From contig ML978125.1 in NCBI GenBank assembly GCA_010015805.1, forward strand, positions 1,922,001-1,986,000: 64,000 nt of DNA, written 5' to 3'. This document shows positions 49,216 to 61,384 of this stretch, piece after piece. The notes below the pieces were generated by a model that was not told the origin of the DNA, made no database searches, and saw only the letters and a program-made list of their open reading frames with translations. The position numbers were made by a program, and so were the translations under genes. Position 1 is the stretch's first letter. Every line of letters begins with the position of its first letter. This DNA comes from Rhizodiscina lignyota (Eukaryota).

Positions 49216-51290
49216 ATGAACAGGACCAACACGACGTCGTCCTCGCTGTCGCGCGTCGAGTCCTACCAGTATCCGAATGCCCACCTTGGCCATTTGTCGG
49301 AGGCGCAAGAGGGCGCACTAGAAGACTTCAGAATATTATGCGAGAAAGAGGGCTACTATAAGCCAGCTGTTGGGCATACACAAGCAAGCCATGACGATGC
49401 GACTTTGCTGTAGGATTTTAGTGTCCGCTTGCTGAGATTGCTTATAACTGAATGCATGCAGTCGATATCTACGCGCCAGAAAGTTCAGCCCGAGAGATGC
49501 CCTCATCCAGTTCAAAGATACTGAGAACTGGCGGAAAGAGAATCACCTGGAAGACCTCTACAACACCATAGACGTCGATGAATATGAAGACACTCGCAAA
49601 TTGGTACACTTTGCTTTTTCACATCCGTCATGGGACGGCCTGTGCTGATACCGCATTCTCAACAGTACCCGCAATGGACCGGCCGACGCGACAGGCGTGG
49701 CATACCAGTCTACCTCTTCAAAGTCTCTACCCTCGATTCAAAGACCGTCTCCACCTACGAAAAGTCCATTTCTAAATCCATAACCGTTCCGCACGATGAG
49801 AAGAAAGTCCCGACCAAGATGCTCCGCCTTTTCGCCTTGTACGAGAACCTCATGAACTTCGTCCTTCCTCTATGTACTATGCTGCCGGACAGACCGAATA
49901 CCGAAACGCCAGTCACGCAGAGCAACAACATTGTGGACATAAGTGGTGTTGGGCTGAAACAGTTTTGGAATTTGAAGAACCATATGCAGGATGCCAGTAC
50001 GCTGGCAACGGCTTATTATCCAGAGACGCTGGACCGTATCTTCGTACGTGAATTCCTTTAAATTCTGTTCCCTGCGACGATAAAGTGGTCTAACTCCGCG
50101 ATTAGATTATCGGGGCGCCGGCATTCTTCCCCACAGTCTGGGGCTGGATCAAGCGCTGGTTTGATCCCATCACCGTCTCGAAAATCTTCATCCTCTCACA
50201 CAGCAACATGAAATCCACCCTCGAACAGTACATCGATCCTGAAAATATCCCTAAGAAGTATGGCGGCGAGCTCGATTTTGAATTTGGAATGATGCCCGTC
50301 CTTGAACCCGCGATTACGGAGCACTTGAAATGGAGTAACCCAAATAAGCAGAAGGGACAGAACACGATTCCTACAGGACCACTCAAATGGACAGATGCAG
50401 CGTCGAGCAAAGAGCTGGAGCTTGTTGCAGTTGGGACGAACAATGGAATCCCTAGGAAACAGGTTGTTGCGTCGACAACAATGCACAGACATAATCTCTC
50501 GGAAGCGATGAATGGTGACCTGATTGGCATCAAGAATCTCGGTCTCGAACGCACCACAACGACAGACGGCCGCGACACCCAACCAACAGAGGAAGGTGAC
50601 CTTTACTATGGCTCCGATCTCAGGTCCTCATCTAACTCTGGCTCCGCGACACCAAACCCTGCTCCATCCCAAACCGATACATATCCACCGTCAACGTTAG
50701 CCCCCACAAAGACCGACGCAGAAGCCAGCAACACCCACGAGGTCGCTAACGGTGCAGATACTGTCCCAGCTGCTGCGCCCAATGCTGATCCCTCTGCGAC
50801 GATACAGCCCGTCACGGCTGGCAGCTCCGGCAAGACTGGCGAACAACCGCGTGTAGGGACATCTGAGACCCGTTTCGAGGCACAGAATGACACGCATGCG
50901 GCCGGAAAGCTAGAAGAGGGTACTCCCGCGGTTGTCGACCATGGACACGGCGACAAGACCGTGACGATGGAGCCCATGACTATCGGGCAGGCCCCGAAAG
51001 AGAAGCCGATTCCGCCTATTCAGAAGGACCAGGCCACTTTGCTTGATCAGGCGAAGGCTGCCGCAGGAGCTGTCTACGATCAGGGTGTCGCTGTGGCGGG
51101 TGCGGTCGGTCTGGTCAAGACGGAGGAACAGTTGCAGAAGGAGAAGGAGGAAGAGGCGAAGAAGAAAGAGGAAGAGGAGGAGCAGCATAAGCGCGATGTA
51201 AATGATCCGAAGGTTAACGAGGCGAGTGATGGGAAAGTGGAAGGGTTTTTGAGGTCGGGCCTGGGCAGTGAAACGGCGAAGGTGGAATAA
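49216..51290 (+). CDS. CRAL-TRIO/Sec14-like lipid transfer protein; exons 49216..49409, 49462..49603, 49666..50043, 50106..51290
   Basis: HDDATLLRYLRARKF, YPQWTGRRDRRGIP, IVDISGVGLKQFW, YYPETLDRIFIIGAP and IPKKYGG. Confidence 0.93.
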
Positions 51291-52503
51291 TATGCTCCCC
51301 CATGAGCATATTTATCCTGTTTTGGCGCGAGGAGGCTAATATGCGGGTTTTGTAGTTGCCATCCTCCTCGGATCCCAGCTGCATAGCGCCGTCGGGAGGA
51401 GAACTACAGGCCATTGGTGATTCTGGCGGGGATAATTGGTTGAAGAAGCTGGGCAAGCGGATTCGAGGCGAGCTCGGTCGCCTGGATTGCCATAATGCGG
51501 AGAGAGATTCAGATCATTGGATGATGTGAAAATCGGTCATACCCCTAAAGTCTATACTTTCTGCCTCTTTTCTTGTCGAGCAATGGGATACACAGTTGCA
51601 TATCTGCGGCGTTTTGGGGCGCTCATAAATGCGCACTTTATGAATACCTCAACACTCCTGTAGATTTCTTAATACCGGCACAGTATAAAAAAGGCCGTCG
51701 TAATGAATTGAAAATGCACTTATTTGAAAACGGGAACTACTCATGTATTTCCCTGAAGTGCGCTCTAACCAAAGTTTGTTAAGTGTTAGAGTTATGGTTA
51801 GGGTGGCTTCTGCTGTCTTTACACCGTTAAATGCGGACTAGTTCAGGCACAAGAAAGGACTCTTTCAACTTGGTGAGCTAATGCAAGAAAGTTCTCAAGT
51901 TTTCGTATTAGAGTATCTGTATCCTAATCATGGAGATATGACAAGTGGACCAATTGTATTGGTCGAGCTTGCATGCGGCGGATTACGCAGCAGGAGTTGT
52001 CTTCATTCAGCCCTTCTAGCCAGTGGAGGGCAGGCAACTGACAACGTCCATGGGATGGCTCCCTATGACTCGGAGCTTCTGCCACTATGATTCAGCAGAC
52101 CTGAAGCATGCGCAGGTGTCAGAGAACAAACAAATGTCTCAAGCTTGCCAGCGAATGGGTGAAGAGCTACTAGCGCCCGAACATGGTATATTTTGAGTAA
52201 ATACCGATCCTCATTGAGGTAAACCACGAGTGTATGATGTTAGTCCAGGCTGGCCTGAACGAAAAGAGTTCCGCTTTCATGATGCCGGATTTAGTCGACG
52301 TGATGCTTTTGTATTAGACGCCCATCAGGCTTCGTAGGAAATCAGAAAGGAGCACGAGAAAGGACAAGGTGCTGTGCCAAAGGAGAAAACTTTTCCGTCC
52401 GCGCACCATCCGCAATCCGTACTGAACTAATATCTGAAAGAAAGGCAAAAGGATATATCCTGTCCATTGCTTTATAAATGCCACACCCTCGATATCGAAC
52501 TAT

Positions 52504-53100
52504 TCAACCCGAGAGTAAGCTCGCCCGCAGATCCTTCATTGCCTTTCTAAATTCTCCAAATTCTCCGTTCGCAAAGTGCGCACTAAGTTCAACAACTCTT
52601 TGAGCACAGTGCAGGGTCCAGGTGGCACTGCCTAGCTTCTCTTCCGTGTCCTCCAGCTCCTTTCATGCCTCATCTAGCTTATACCGCGCCGCACGAGCAA
52701 GTTCATTGGCGAGGTCGAATGCTTCCTTCTCATATTCGAGTTGTTGGCGAAGCTCAGTATTTCTTTCCTCGAGCTCTGCATTAAGATCACAGTAGTCCTT
52801 CCGTTCCCTTTGATGACGTCTCTTGAGGACGGCAATTTCCTGCTGATGCATCTTTTGTTCTGTCGTCGCTCGTTCCTGAGCGCAAGTTTCGCGCTCTGCA
52901 AGAGTTTCCATTGTCTTCTTCAAGCTTGCCAGGAGGCTCGCCCCCTTTTGCTCTAACTCGGCTCCACGAGCCTCTTGCTGCCGTAGGCTTTGAGAGAACT
53001 GCGTTTGCTGCTCCTCAAGATCTCGGATCTGGTCAATACCATGCAACACATCTTTGAACTCCGCCGGAATTTCCATATTCGTATCGAACGCTTCTGCCAT
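52504..53100 (-). pseudogene. Coiled-coil orphan gene with an in-frame TGA at 52665..52663 (pseudogene, truncated allele or recoded gene); paralog of 53709..54692
   Basis: The frame stays open for 52 codons after the TGA, and that extension aligns with the C-terminus of the neighbouring gene. Confidence 0.55.
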
Positions 53101-53708
53101 AACTCTGAAGACTCTTTAGAATAGTCCAGATGATTCACTCGAATTGTATGATGTGTCGTAGGAGATAGAGCGGATACTAAGAATGTTCTGAAGCGTAGTC
53201 TTATGATCGGTTGTAGATGGGACAAGCTCATGTGGGCGTGTATGGTGAGTTGCAGAGGGCGTGTTTGTTGTTGAATAATAGTGATCAGTTAAGGCACTGT
53301 CAATCACGATTGAAAAGAGTTGATTGAAGGAAGAATGCTCACTGCGGGTGGTGTGGAATATATAGCCGGCAAAGGGCGCTAAGCCTAGCGAACACCCTCC
53401 GACAGGTACTGAATTAAGAGTTGAATAAAATTGATGGTGGAAGGATGTGAAACGATAAAGGTTAGTTTGTGGCTAGTCTTCTCTCAAAAGTACTCTTTTG
53501 AGGGCCTGATTGAACTTGTGAAGGGGCTCGTATAGCAAATTCAGGATTTAGAGAAAATAGTCAATGCTGCAAGACAAGGCTTTTCAGAAGAATGAAAACA
53601 GAAGAGAGAAAATGACCGCCAGAAATGCCGAAATAGAATCGAAGGCCCGCAGAAATGCCCGAAGTGAAAAAGACCTCCGTTAATGTCAATGTGAACTGCT
53701 GAGTATCA

Positions 53709-54692
53709 TCATGATGCACCAGAAACAACATCCACCAATGCCTTCATCGCACGTCCTAAGTCCCCAAGTGTATCCGCCACTAGTGGCCGTCCGGTTTGTA
53801 CGACCGCCTCGGTTGCTCCATGTAGCAGCTTCAGGCGTGAGCGAGCTTCATCTCTCTCCTTACTAACGCCAAGTAGATCTTCCTGCAGCTTTTGCTCCTG
53901 AATAATCCATCCGGACTTGAACGCGCCCAGGGTCGCAATTCCCGACAGTGCTGAATTCAGTTTTGCCTGAAGATGATCGCGACTTTGGATAGCAGCATCA
54001 CGTTTCTTGATTGCGCTCTCCTCTCCAGCTTTGGCATTCTTCGTCTCTTCCATTACTTCTCTCGCCTTCACAGCTTGGTTCGAATCAAGTTCGCTCTTCA
54101 ACCGCTGAATTTCTTTGGAGAGGTTCCGAGTTTGTATGATCTTCGCTTCGAGAGCGCTGTCGGTGGACTGTAGCTTTTCCGAGAAGTTCTTGACTTCAGC
54201 CTTTTCGTGATCGAGCGAGCTCTGCAGCAGGGCTTTATCCGCGGTGTGAGTTTTGACTTGTTCGTTGAGTTGCAGAATAAGCTTGTCTTTTTCAGCCGCC
54301 TCCTTACTCTGTGCATCATGCGCAGCACGAAGAGTGTCCAGCTGCTGTGTCGCAATTTGCCAGTCAAGGTCCAGCTCAGTCCTGATCTTTTTGAGTCGCA
54401 GACTTGTAGCCTCCCAATCCTGCGGTTTACTGTTCGCTTGAACATGGGGTGCCGTCCTTTTAACTGGACTGGTCTTAACCCTTTTGGGTTGTGGATCGGT
54501 GTTGTCCTCCTCTGATGCTGTAGGGGCATCAGTAGCGTCCGGTGAAGGAAGAGCTGCCTTCCTTTTGGTTGGAACCGGCTTGATTTTCTGGGGCTGTTGA
54601 GCTGTGGTCTTTCGATTCGATACCGGTGCGACAGAAGTACTCTTGCTCGGTGCAGATTGGGACGTCTTTGGTTGTTGCTTTGTACGGGCCAT
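53709..54692 (-). CDS. Hypothetical nuclear coiled-coil protein with a histone H3-like N-terminus
   Basis: 327-codon ORF starting MARTKQ; NLS-like PTKRK and PKRVK; long heptad-rich region. Confidence 0.75.
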   Translation of the reverse strand: MARTKQQPKTSQSAPSKSTSVAPVSNRKTTAQQPQKIKPVPTKRKAALPSPDATDAPTASEEDNTDPQPKRVKTSPVKRTAPHVQANSKPQDWEATSLRLKKIRTELDLDWQIATQQLDTLRAAHDAQSKEAAEKDKLILQLNEQVKTHTADKALLQSSLDHEKAEVKNFSEKLQSTDSALEAKIIQTRNLSKEIQRLKSELDSNQAVKAREVMEETKNAKAGEESAIKKRDAAIQSRDHLQAKLNSALSGIATLGAFKSGWIIQEQKLQEDLLGVSKERDEARSRLKLLHGATEAVVQTGRPLVADTLGDLGRAMKALVDVVSGAS

Positions 54693-55808
54693 GGTCTCTC
54701 AAGAGATGGCGGCTTAGAGGTGATTCAAAAGAGAAATTGGGATGAAAGAAGTTTAGTTGCAAGCAGGTACGATACTTGAGATTTGATCCACAAGCGAAAG
54801 TAGTCATAAAGGAAGTTGAAAGTTGACTTGCTTGCGTCCAGAGGGCAAGAGCACTATCTATGGCCTTAGCTGTTCTGGATAAGGGGGAACAGTGCAGAGG
54901 AGAGAGTGTGTGTTCGTGGAGTACATGAGGCGAAGGAAGGGAGATGTAAGAGTAGAAGGTTGATGAAGTAGACTGTAGCACCGATGTTCGGCCAGCTCCC
55001 TACTGGAATGTTGGGAGCAGGAGATCAGCAGGCCTGGAGCGAGGTCGCTTCTCGTGGTTTCAATTGAGATGAGAACGGGCTGCCTCCCAGTACCAATTGC
55101 TTCCACTAGCAGATCACAGTGGCTACAGGACCTCTACACACAGGAAAGCAACTGAGAGTCCCATACCCACTACGATTTCACCTTCGTCTAGTCGTAGCAT
55201 CGAAGATTGACGACCTATCATTGAAAATGAATGTTCCATAGTCTTCACATAAAGCACAGCAAGATACGGAGGATACGAAAATAATCGAAGGCAGAAGAAC
55301 CTCTCCCTCTGTTTCCTTGGGCAACCGTTGGAGAGAACTTGTCCGTGGGGGAGATCCGAGTGGAATTTCGACTCTGCGGGCGACCATTTCTTGAAAGTAG
55401 GTGTGTTAGATGAGGCGCTCTTGTTCGACTAACTTGGGCATTGTGAAATGAAGATGATACGTTTATCTATCACAAAGATTGGCAATAATTTCGAGCTGAT
55501 TAGTCCGAGGTCTTCAGCGACGCCTCTATAGCCACAATCGCGTGAGGTTGATGATGCCAGGTGGTGGAACGGCCCACGGCCTTTCGGGTCTTCCGACTTT
55601 CAAGCCACAGCTGCAGGGGTGTATGCAAGTCTGGGTCGATCGCTAGGGAAGCGAAGCAACCCTGGTCAGTGGCTTGAGTGGCTTAAGTGCGGGAGCTTCC
55701 ATTTTTTCGACTCACACTGGAGGGGACCTTCCCCATCTTTCTTAAAAGACGCCCTGAGACCTCAAATCGCCCACCAGACAATTCAATTGTATACCAAAAT
55801 TACTCAAG

Positions 55809-57343
55809 ATGCAGAACGGCTCACCTCCCAGCTATGCTCTTCCACAGTCCCATCAGGATGTATGCGAACAATTCAAAATGCCCCGCGGTCGCGCTGTTCT
55901 GACGCTGTATAGCTCATGGAGAAGTCCCTCGTCGACTCTGATCCTGAGATCGCAGAGATTATGGTATTTAACCCTCTAAATCATCATTGGAAACCAACTG
56001 ATTCGCAATTCTAGAAAAAGGAAATTCAACGCCAGCGCGAATCTATCCTCCTCATCGCCTCTGAAAATGTCACCTCCCGCGCCGTCTTCGATGCCCTGGG
56101 CTCGCCGATGTCCAACAAATACAGTGAAGGATATCCCGGTGCACGTTACTATGGCGGCAATGAGAATATCGACGCGGTCGAGCTTCTGTGTCAAAAGCGT
56201 GCCTTACAAACGTTTGGGCTGGATCCAGAGAAATGGGGAGTCAACGTCCAGCCCCTCAGTGGCAGTCCTGCGAATCTTCAGGTCTACCAGGCCATAATGC
56301 GACCTCATGAGAGGCTCATGGGCTTGGACTTGCCACACGGAGGCCATTTAAGCCACGGTTACCAGACACCGCAGAAGAAGATTTCTGCCGTCTCGACGTA
56401 CTTCGAGACATTCCCATACCGTGTCGACCTCGATACTGGCATCATCGATTATGACCGGCTGGAGGAAAATGCTCTGATGTACAGGCCGAAAGTACTCGTT
56501 GCTGGCACTTCAGCATACTGCCGGACCATTGATTACGCTCGCATGCGCAAGATCGCGGACACCGTTGGATGCTACTTGATGGTCGATATGGCTCATATTT
56601 CCGGCTTGATTGCTGCTGGCGTAAACGACTCACCCTTCCCATATGCGGATATTGTTACGACAACCACACACAAATCCCTTCGTGGGCCACGTGGCGCTAT
56701 GATCTTCTTCCGCAAGGGCGTGCGGAAGACAGATCCAAAAACAGGCAAAGAGACCCTCTACGACCTTGAAGGACCAATCAACTTCTCCGTCTTCCCAGGT
56801 CACCAGGGCGGCCCGCACAACCACACAATCACTGCTCTTGCCGTTGCCCTAAAGCAGGCCCAGACTCCAGAATTCAAAGCATACCAAAGCCAGGTCATCA
56901 AGAATGCCAAGGCCCTCGAGCAGGAATTCAAGTCGCGTGATTACAAGCTTGTTACGAACGGAACGGACAATCACATGGTCCTTCTTGACCTAAAGCCACT
57001 CTCCCTGGATGGTGCAAGAGTTGAAGCAGTTCTGGAGCAAGTCAACATTGCATGCAACAAAAATACCACCCCTGGTGACAAGAGCGCGCTTACGCCTTGT
57101 GGTATCAGGATCGGAGCCCCAGCGATGACAAGCCGAGGCATGGGAGAGGAAGACTTTAAGAGAGTCGTTGGATACATTGACACCTGCATTAAGCTTTGCA
57201 AGACGGTGCAGGCTGGCCTGCCGAAGGAGGCCAACAGGCTGAAGGATTTCAAGGCCAAAGTTGCGGATGGCAGCGTTCAAGAGATCGCTGAGCTGAAGAA
57301 GGAGATTGCAGCATGGGCAGGCACCTTCCCGCTACCAATTTAG
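55809..57343 (+). CDS. SHM2: Cytosolic serine hydroxymethyltransferase; exons 55809..55859, 55913..55963, 56015..57343
   Basis: [31 protein letters not shown] lysine [12 protein letters not shown] and FPGHQGGP; no presequence. Confidence 0.97.
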
Positions 57344-57836
57344 CGCAATGATGGTCTTTCCTGGCTTGCTGGCGTTCAGAAGGCTTGAGGACAGGCTCGG
57401 AAGGAATCTGAAAAGTATTGGATGAGCAGACGCTTCAACGCTGCATTTTCTGGCGTTAATTGGAATCTCTCTAACCAAGGATCGAGGTGCGACTGCTTAA
57501 CCAGTCCCAGATTCTAGCCATTTTAATCCAATTAATGTGCCACTTTCACAACTACACGTCTCTTCTAATGCTGTCTGGCCAAGTCACGAGTCGCGACCAG
57601 GGGCTGGGTCTCTACAACTGGAAGTCATTTTAGGAATGCGATAAGTCTGGAAGGAAGTGACAATGCACCTCAAGGAATTGGATTGTTTATTTGAAGGAAA
57701 GGACTAGCGAACTCCGAGACTATTTATCTGGCTTCGGAATTGCAGTACCATTGAGCATTGAGTGTCTTGTGCTGCATGCTATTGTTATCCGATCGGAACG
57801 ATTTGTCGATCGCGGGGGCGCTAAACCTTAAGTACC

Positions 57837-59785
57837 ATGCAGGACCAACAAGCCTCAGGGTCTAAAGATTCCATCGACATCAACCCCGACCCAGACTCGC
57901 TCTCACCGAACTCTCCAAACCATTACCCATCTCCCTCCACCCTCTCTCCCGGACAATGTGAGGACTCCGAAACCGACTCAGTTCGCTCAATGGACTCCAT
58001 CACGGTCACGCCGAAATCCGCTGCGACGGTGGCGTCGCCGAAGGTCATCAAAACGGCGAAGTCGTTCCCTTCGCTCACCAACGTCCCTTATGCTGCATAC
58101 GGCTGCGGTAAGCTCATGGAAGATCTTGTCCTCGGAAGCGGAGCTAATGAGGATATAGAGCATGTACAAGAACTGTTCAAAGAGAAGAGGAAGATATCAC
58201 AACAGCAGTATAGCCTCCTTCTTCAAACCATCTTCGAAAAGCCCCACGCCGTCTCTCAGATGCGCAGATCGCCGAATGGCGATGCTGGAAGACCTTCGTT
58301 ACTACCGACGTACCTATGTCTACAATGCCCATATGTATATTCAGAGGAGCAGAGGGATAAGCACTGGCAATTGAAGGGGCATGCATTTTGTACGTCTGAC
58401 GATGATGTCCCGGATGCTCAGCTCTGACATTGCTATAGCTGTCGAATCGAGATCAGGGTATTTGTACTGTCAGGAATGCGCAGACTTTATATACGACCCA
58501 GCGATGGAGGAGATACGCCTGCAGAAAGGTACCCCTAGCACGCACATCGCCTTCGGGCTGGAACATGCTAATCCTACTCGTAGGCCGCCGGAAAAGAAAG
58601 CTCGATGAATACCTAAATGGCGAAGATGCTAGACAGGTCACCACAAACTCACAATCCGTCCCTTGTCGAGCGAACGGCCTGAGGGGCCTCTACAACATGG
58701 GACAGACATGTTTCATGAGCGTGATCATGCAAAGCCTTGTCCACAATCCTCTGGTTCGAGCATTCTACCTTGGAGAAGGACATAAGAATGTAGATTGCGA
58801 GAAAGAGAGTTGTACAAGTTGTGCAATGGATGAGATATTTACGGAATTCTATTCTGTGGAGAAGACAGAAGGGTATGGTGCTGTCAATATGCTCATGGGG
58901 AGCTGGAATAGTGCACAGGTATGCGAGGCTAGCTGAACTCTCAGTACAATTGCTAATAGCGTGCAGGCTCTAGCAGGCTATCAGCAACAAGACGCTCACG
59001 AGTACATGCAATTCCTCTTCCACGCGCTTCACACCGAGAACGGCGGAACATCTGATTCGAAGTCCAGCTGCTCCTGCATAATTCACAAGACATTCTACGG
59101 AAAGTTGCAAAGTACTGTGACTTGTGAAAAATGCAAGAACACTACCATAGCCTATGATCCGGTGATGGATCTAAGCCTCGATGTGAGAAATACAGCAAAG
59201 AAGCGCAAGATGGATAAAACGGATGGAGATGCAGCGCAGTCAAGAGATATCGAACTACGGGACTGCCTGGAGCGCTTCACAGCAAAGGAGAAACTCTCTA
59301 CTGGAGAATACACGTGTCAGAATTGTGGAGGAGAGCAGCAGAATGCGACCAAGCAACTCAGCATACAAAAGCTCCCTCCGGCACTTTCCATCCACTTCAA
59401 AGTAAGTCGCGTCGCTACACGTACTTATACGTGAGAATACTAACGAACTATATAGCGGTTCGAGCATTCTAAAGCGAACGCGTCAAAGCTGGAGACGAAA
59501 ATCAAATTCCCCACACAGCTCGACATGCATCCCTATACTGCTCAGGCGCGCGCGTCAAAATCATCATCCACTTCGCCGAACGAGCATCCGCCATCTCACA
59601 TCTACGAGTTATCGAGCGTCATTGTGCACAAGGGCAAAATGGATTCTGGCCATTATGTGTCCTACTCCCGAGAAGGTAATGACTGGTTCATGTTTGACGA
59701 CAGTAAGGTCGTTTTGAGCAGCGAGTCAGACGTCCTGGGCGCTCAGGCATATTTGCTGTTTTATCTCGCCAGGGATCTGGACTGA
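57837..59785 (+). CDS. UBP8: SAGA deubiquitinase Ubp8 (USP22-like); exons 57837..58107, 58159..58389, 58439..58528, 58584..58918, 58967..59401, 59456..59785
   Basis: ZnF-UBP (CEH after splicing, CLQC, H, CQEC), Cys box GLYNMGQTCFMS, QQDAHE, His box VHKG..DSGHY and FDD. Confidence 0.9.
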
Positions 59786-60164
59786 GGAAATTCTCGCTTT
59801 AATATCTCAGGGTCTCGCAAGAAAGAACTCGCATGGACGGGCATTGCGGCGGGATTGGGACACTGCTTGAGGATTCGTGAGCATTTCGTGGACCAACGGG
59901 ACATTCTAATTCTCGAATTGGCCCGGCTACGGCATTGTTTTAATAGCATAGCGAAGAGGCCCAACTATCGTATTAAACTTGACTGATTTAAACATTGCTT
60001 TGCCGTCGGTTGATGCTGTATGAGTCCCGAGGTCGTTCCTACATAGTGCTCTCACGTGTCGACGTGGTGTTAGCGCGTCCAATTCCAACACTCCAGATTC
60101 CACTTTCGACTAATATAAATTTGCCATTCAATGCCAGCTTCTTTCATCCACAACTTCGTACACG

Positions 60165-61179
60165 ATGCTCGACGTCAAGTCCTTCGACGCCATCTTCTCA
60201 TATGACCCTCGAACGCACTACTTGAATGATCGACTCGGCGAAATCAACAAATGTCGCCATACGCTCGATGTCCTCTTCATCGAACGACTCCTCGATAGCC
60301 TTGGCCTTAAACATGCCGCTCAACTGTATGCACCGCGCGACAATCGCGGACTGAGAGAACTTCACCATGAGATTGTGACAAGCAACATTGCAATGCATCA
60401 CAAGCAAGCTCTGCTATACTACATCCTCATGGACGTTCAGCATCCAGACGAGGAGGAGGCAGAGAGGTTCGCGAACGAAGTGGATCTTCCCCAGTCGTAC
60501 AGATGGGCGATAATGGGCTTCTGGGAGATGGACCAACTGGATTTCAGAGTATGTTTAATCTCGCCCTTTCCCTTTCTATTATGACTTCTGACGACAACAT
60601 TGACTGATGAAATGATAGTCCGCCATGGATCATCTCACACACCCCTCACTACTCCCGACTTTCTCCTCCGATATCCTCGCCATTCTTCTCGTGCACTCAA
60701 AGGACCGTACATTGCCTCTAGCATATCACCATGCAGTTTCGCCCCCGCTGCCGCTCGGCTCCGACCTACGCCAGCGATACTTCCAATATCTCGTGTCGCT
60801 CAGCGTAAAGCAGGCGTTCTTCTTCACTCGCTCACAGCCGGATCGCCAGGAACTCTTCAAGGCTCTCATTAAACACATTCTCACAGAGAAAGCATCCGCA
60901 GCTCGCGCCGACCAGGCAGTTGATCTAGTCGATCTCCCCATGGATGCGGAAGAGCAGGAGTGGTGGGAGGATTTTCTTACGGGCAAAGGCCACGGACTGC
61001 CAAAAGCTAAGGATACATTGAACATGAGGGATATTCTCACAGGACGGGAGGGTAGATTGCTGCTCCCAAAAAAGGATCGTTCAGATGGAACAATGATCGA
61101 TGGCGTTGATTGGAGTACGTTCAGGAGTGGAGTTTCCAAGGCTATGGGCCCGAGGAGCGGAATGACTACCAAATACTAG
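60165..61179 (+). CDS. ELYS-domain nuclear pore assembly protein; exons 60165..60548, 60619..61179
   Basis: LFIERLL, YAP, HHKQALLYYILMD, MGFWEMD, LTHPSL.PTF, AFFFTR and LVDLP...E..W. Confidence 0.8.
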
Positions 61180-61384
61180 TCAGGAGTAAGTCATGATTTT
61201 CAGGAGTCTATTCTGTTTATGATACCCCGTTTTGCTGCCGTTGCTCCCTTCATGGTCTCTCACGGCATGTCACGGCTGAGATTTCTTACACAATAAGAAC
61301 GGAAGAGCCATGCTCTGCTTTCGTTGAACTGAAGCATTGCTTGATGTTCTCCTCTCTTTACATCATTTTTTCACTCTTGTCCGC

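Noticed and set aside
51291..52500. ncRNA, transposon relic or telomeric repeat in this intergenic stretch
   Set aside because: Only a single GGTTAGGG occurs; no terminal repeats, transposase remnants, RIP-like AT richness or RNA-gene boxes.
54074..54090. tRNA T-loop-like GGTTCGAATC
   Set aside because: It lies inside a coding region with no cloverleaf around it.
55178..55387. 69-aa ORF upstream of the H3-mimic gene
   Set aside because: Short, with no recognisable motif or splice partner; cannot be supported.
11602..61179. Functional cluster of nuclear genes (POL2, VPS71, HAUS1, SMC6, POM152, UBP8, ELYS)
   Set aside because: They are interspersed with unrelated metabolic genes, as expected for an ordinary core-genome region.
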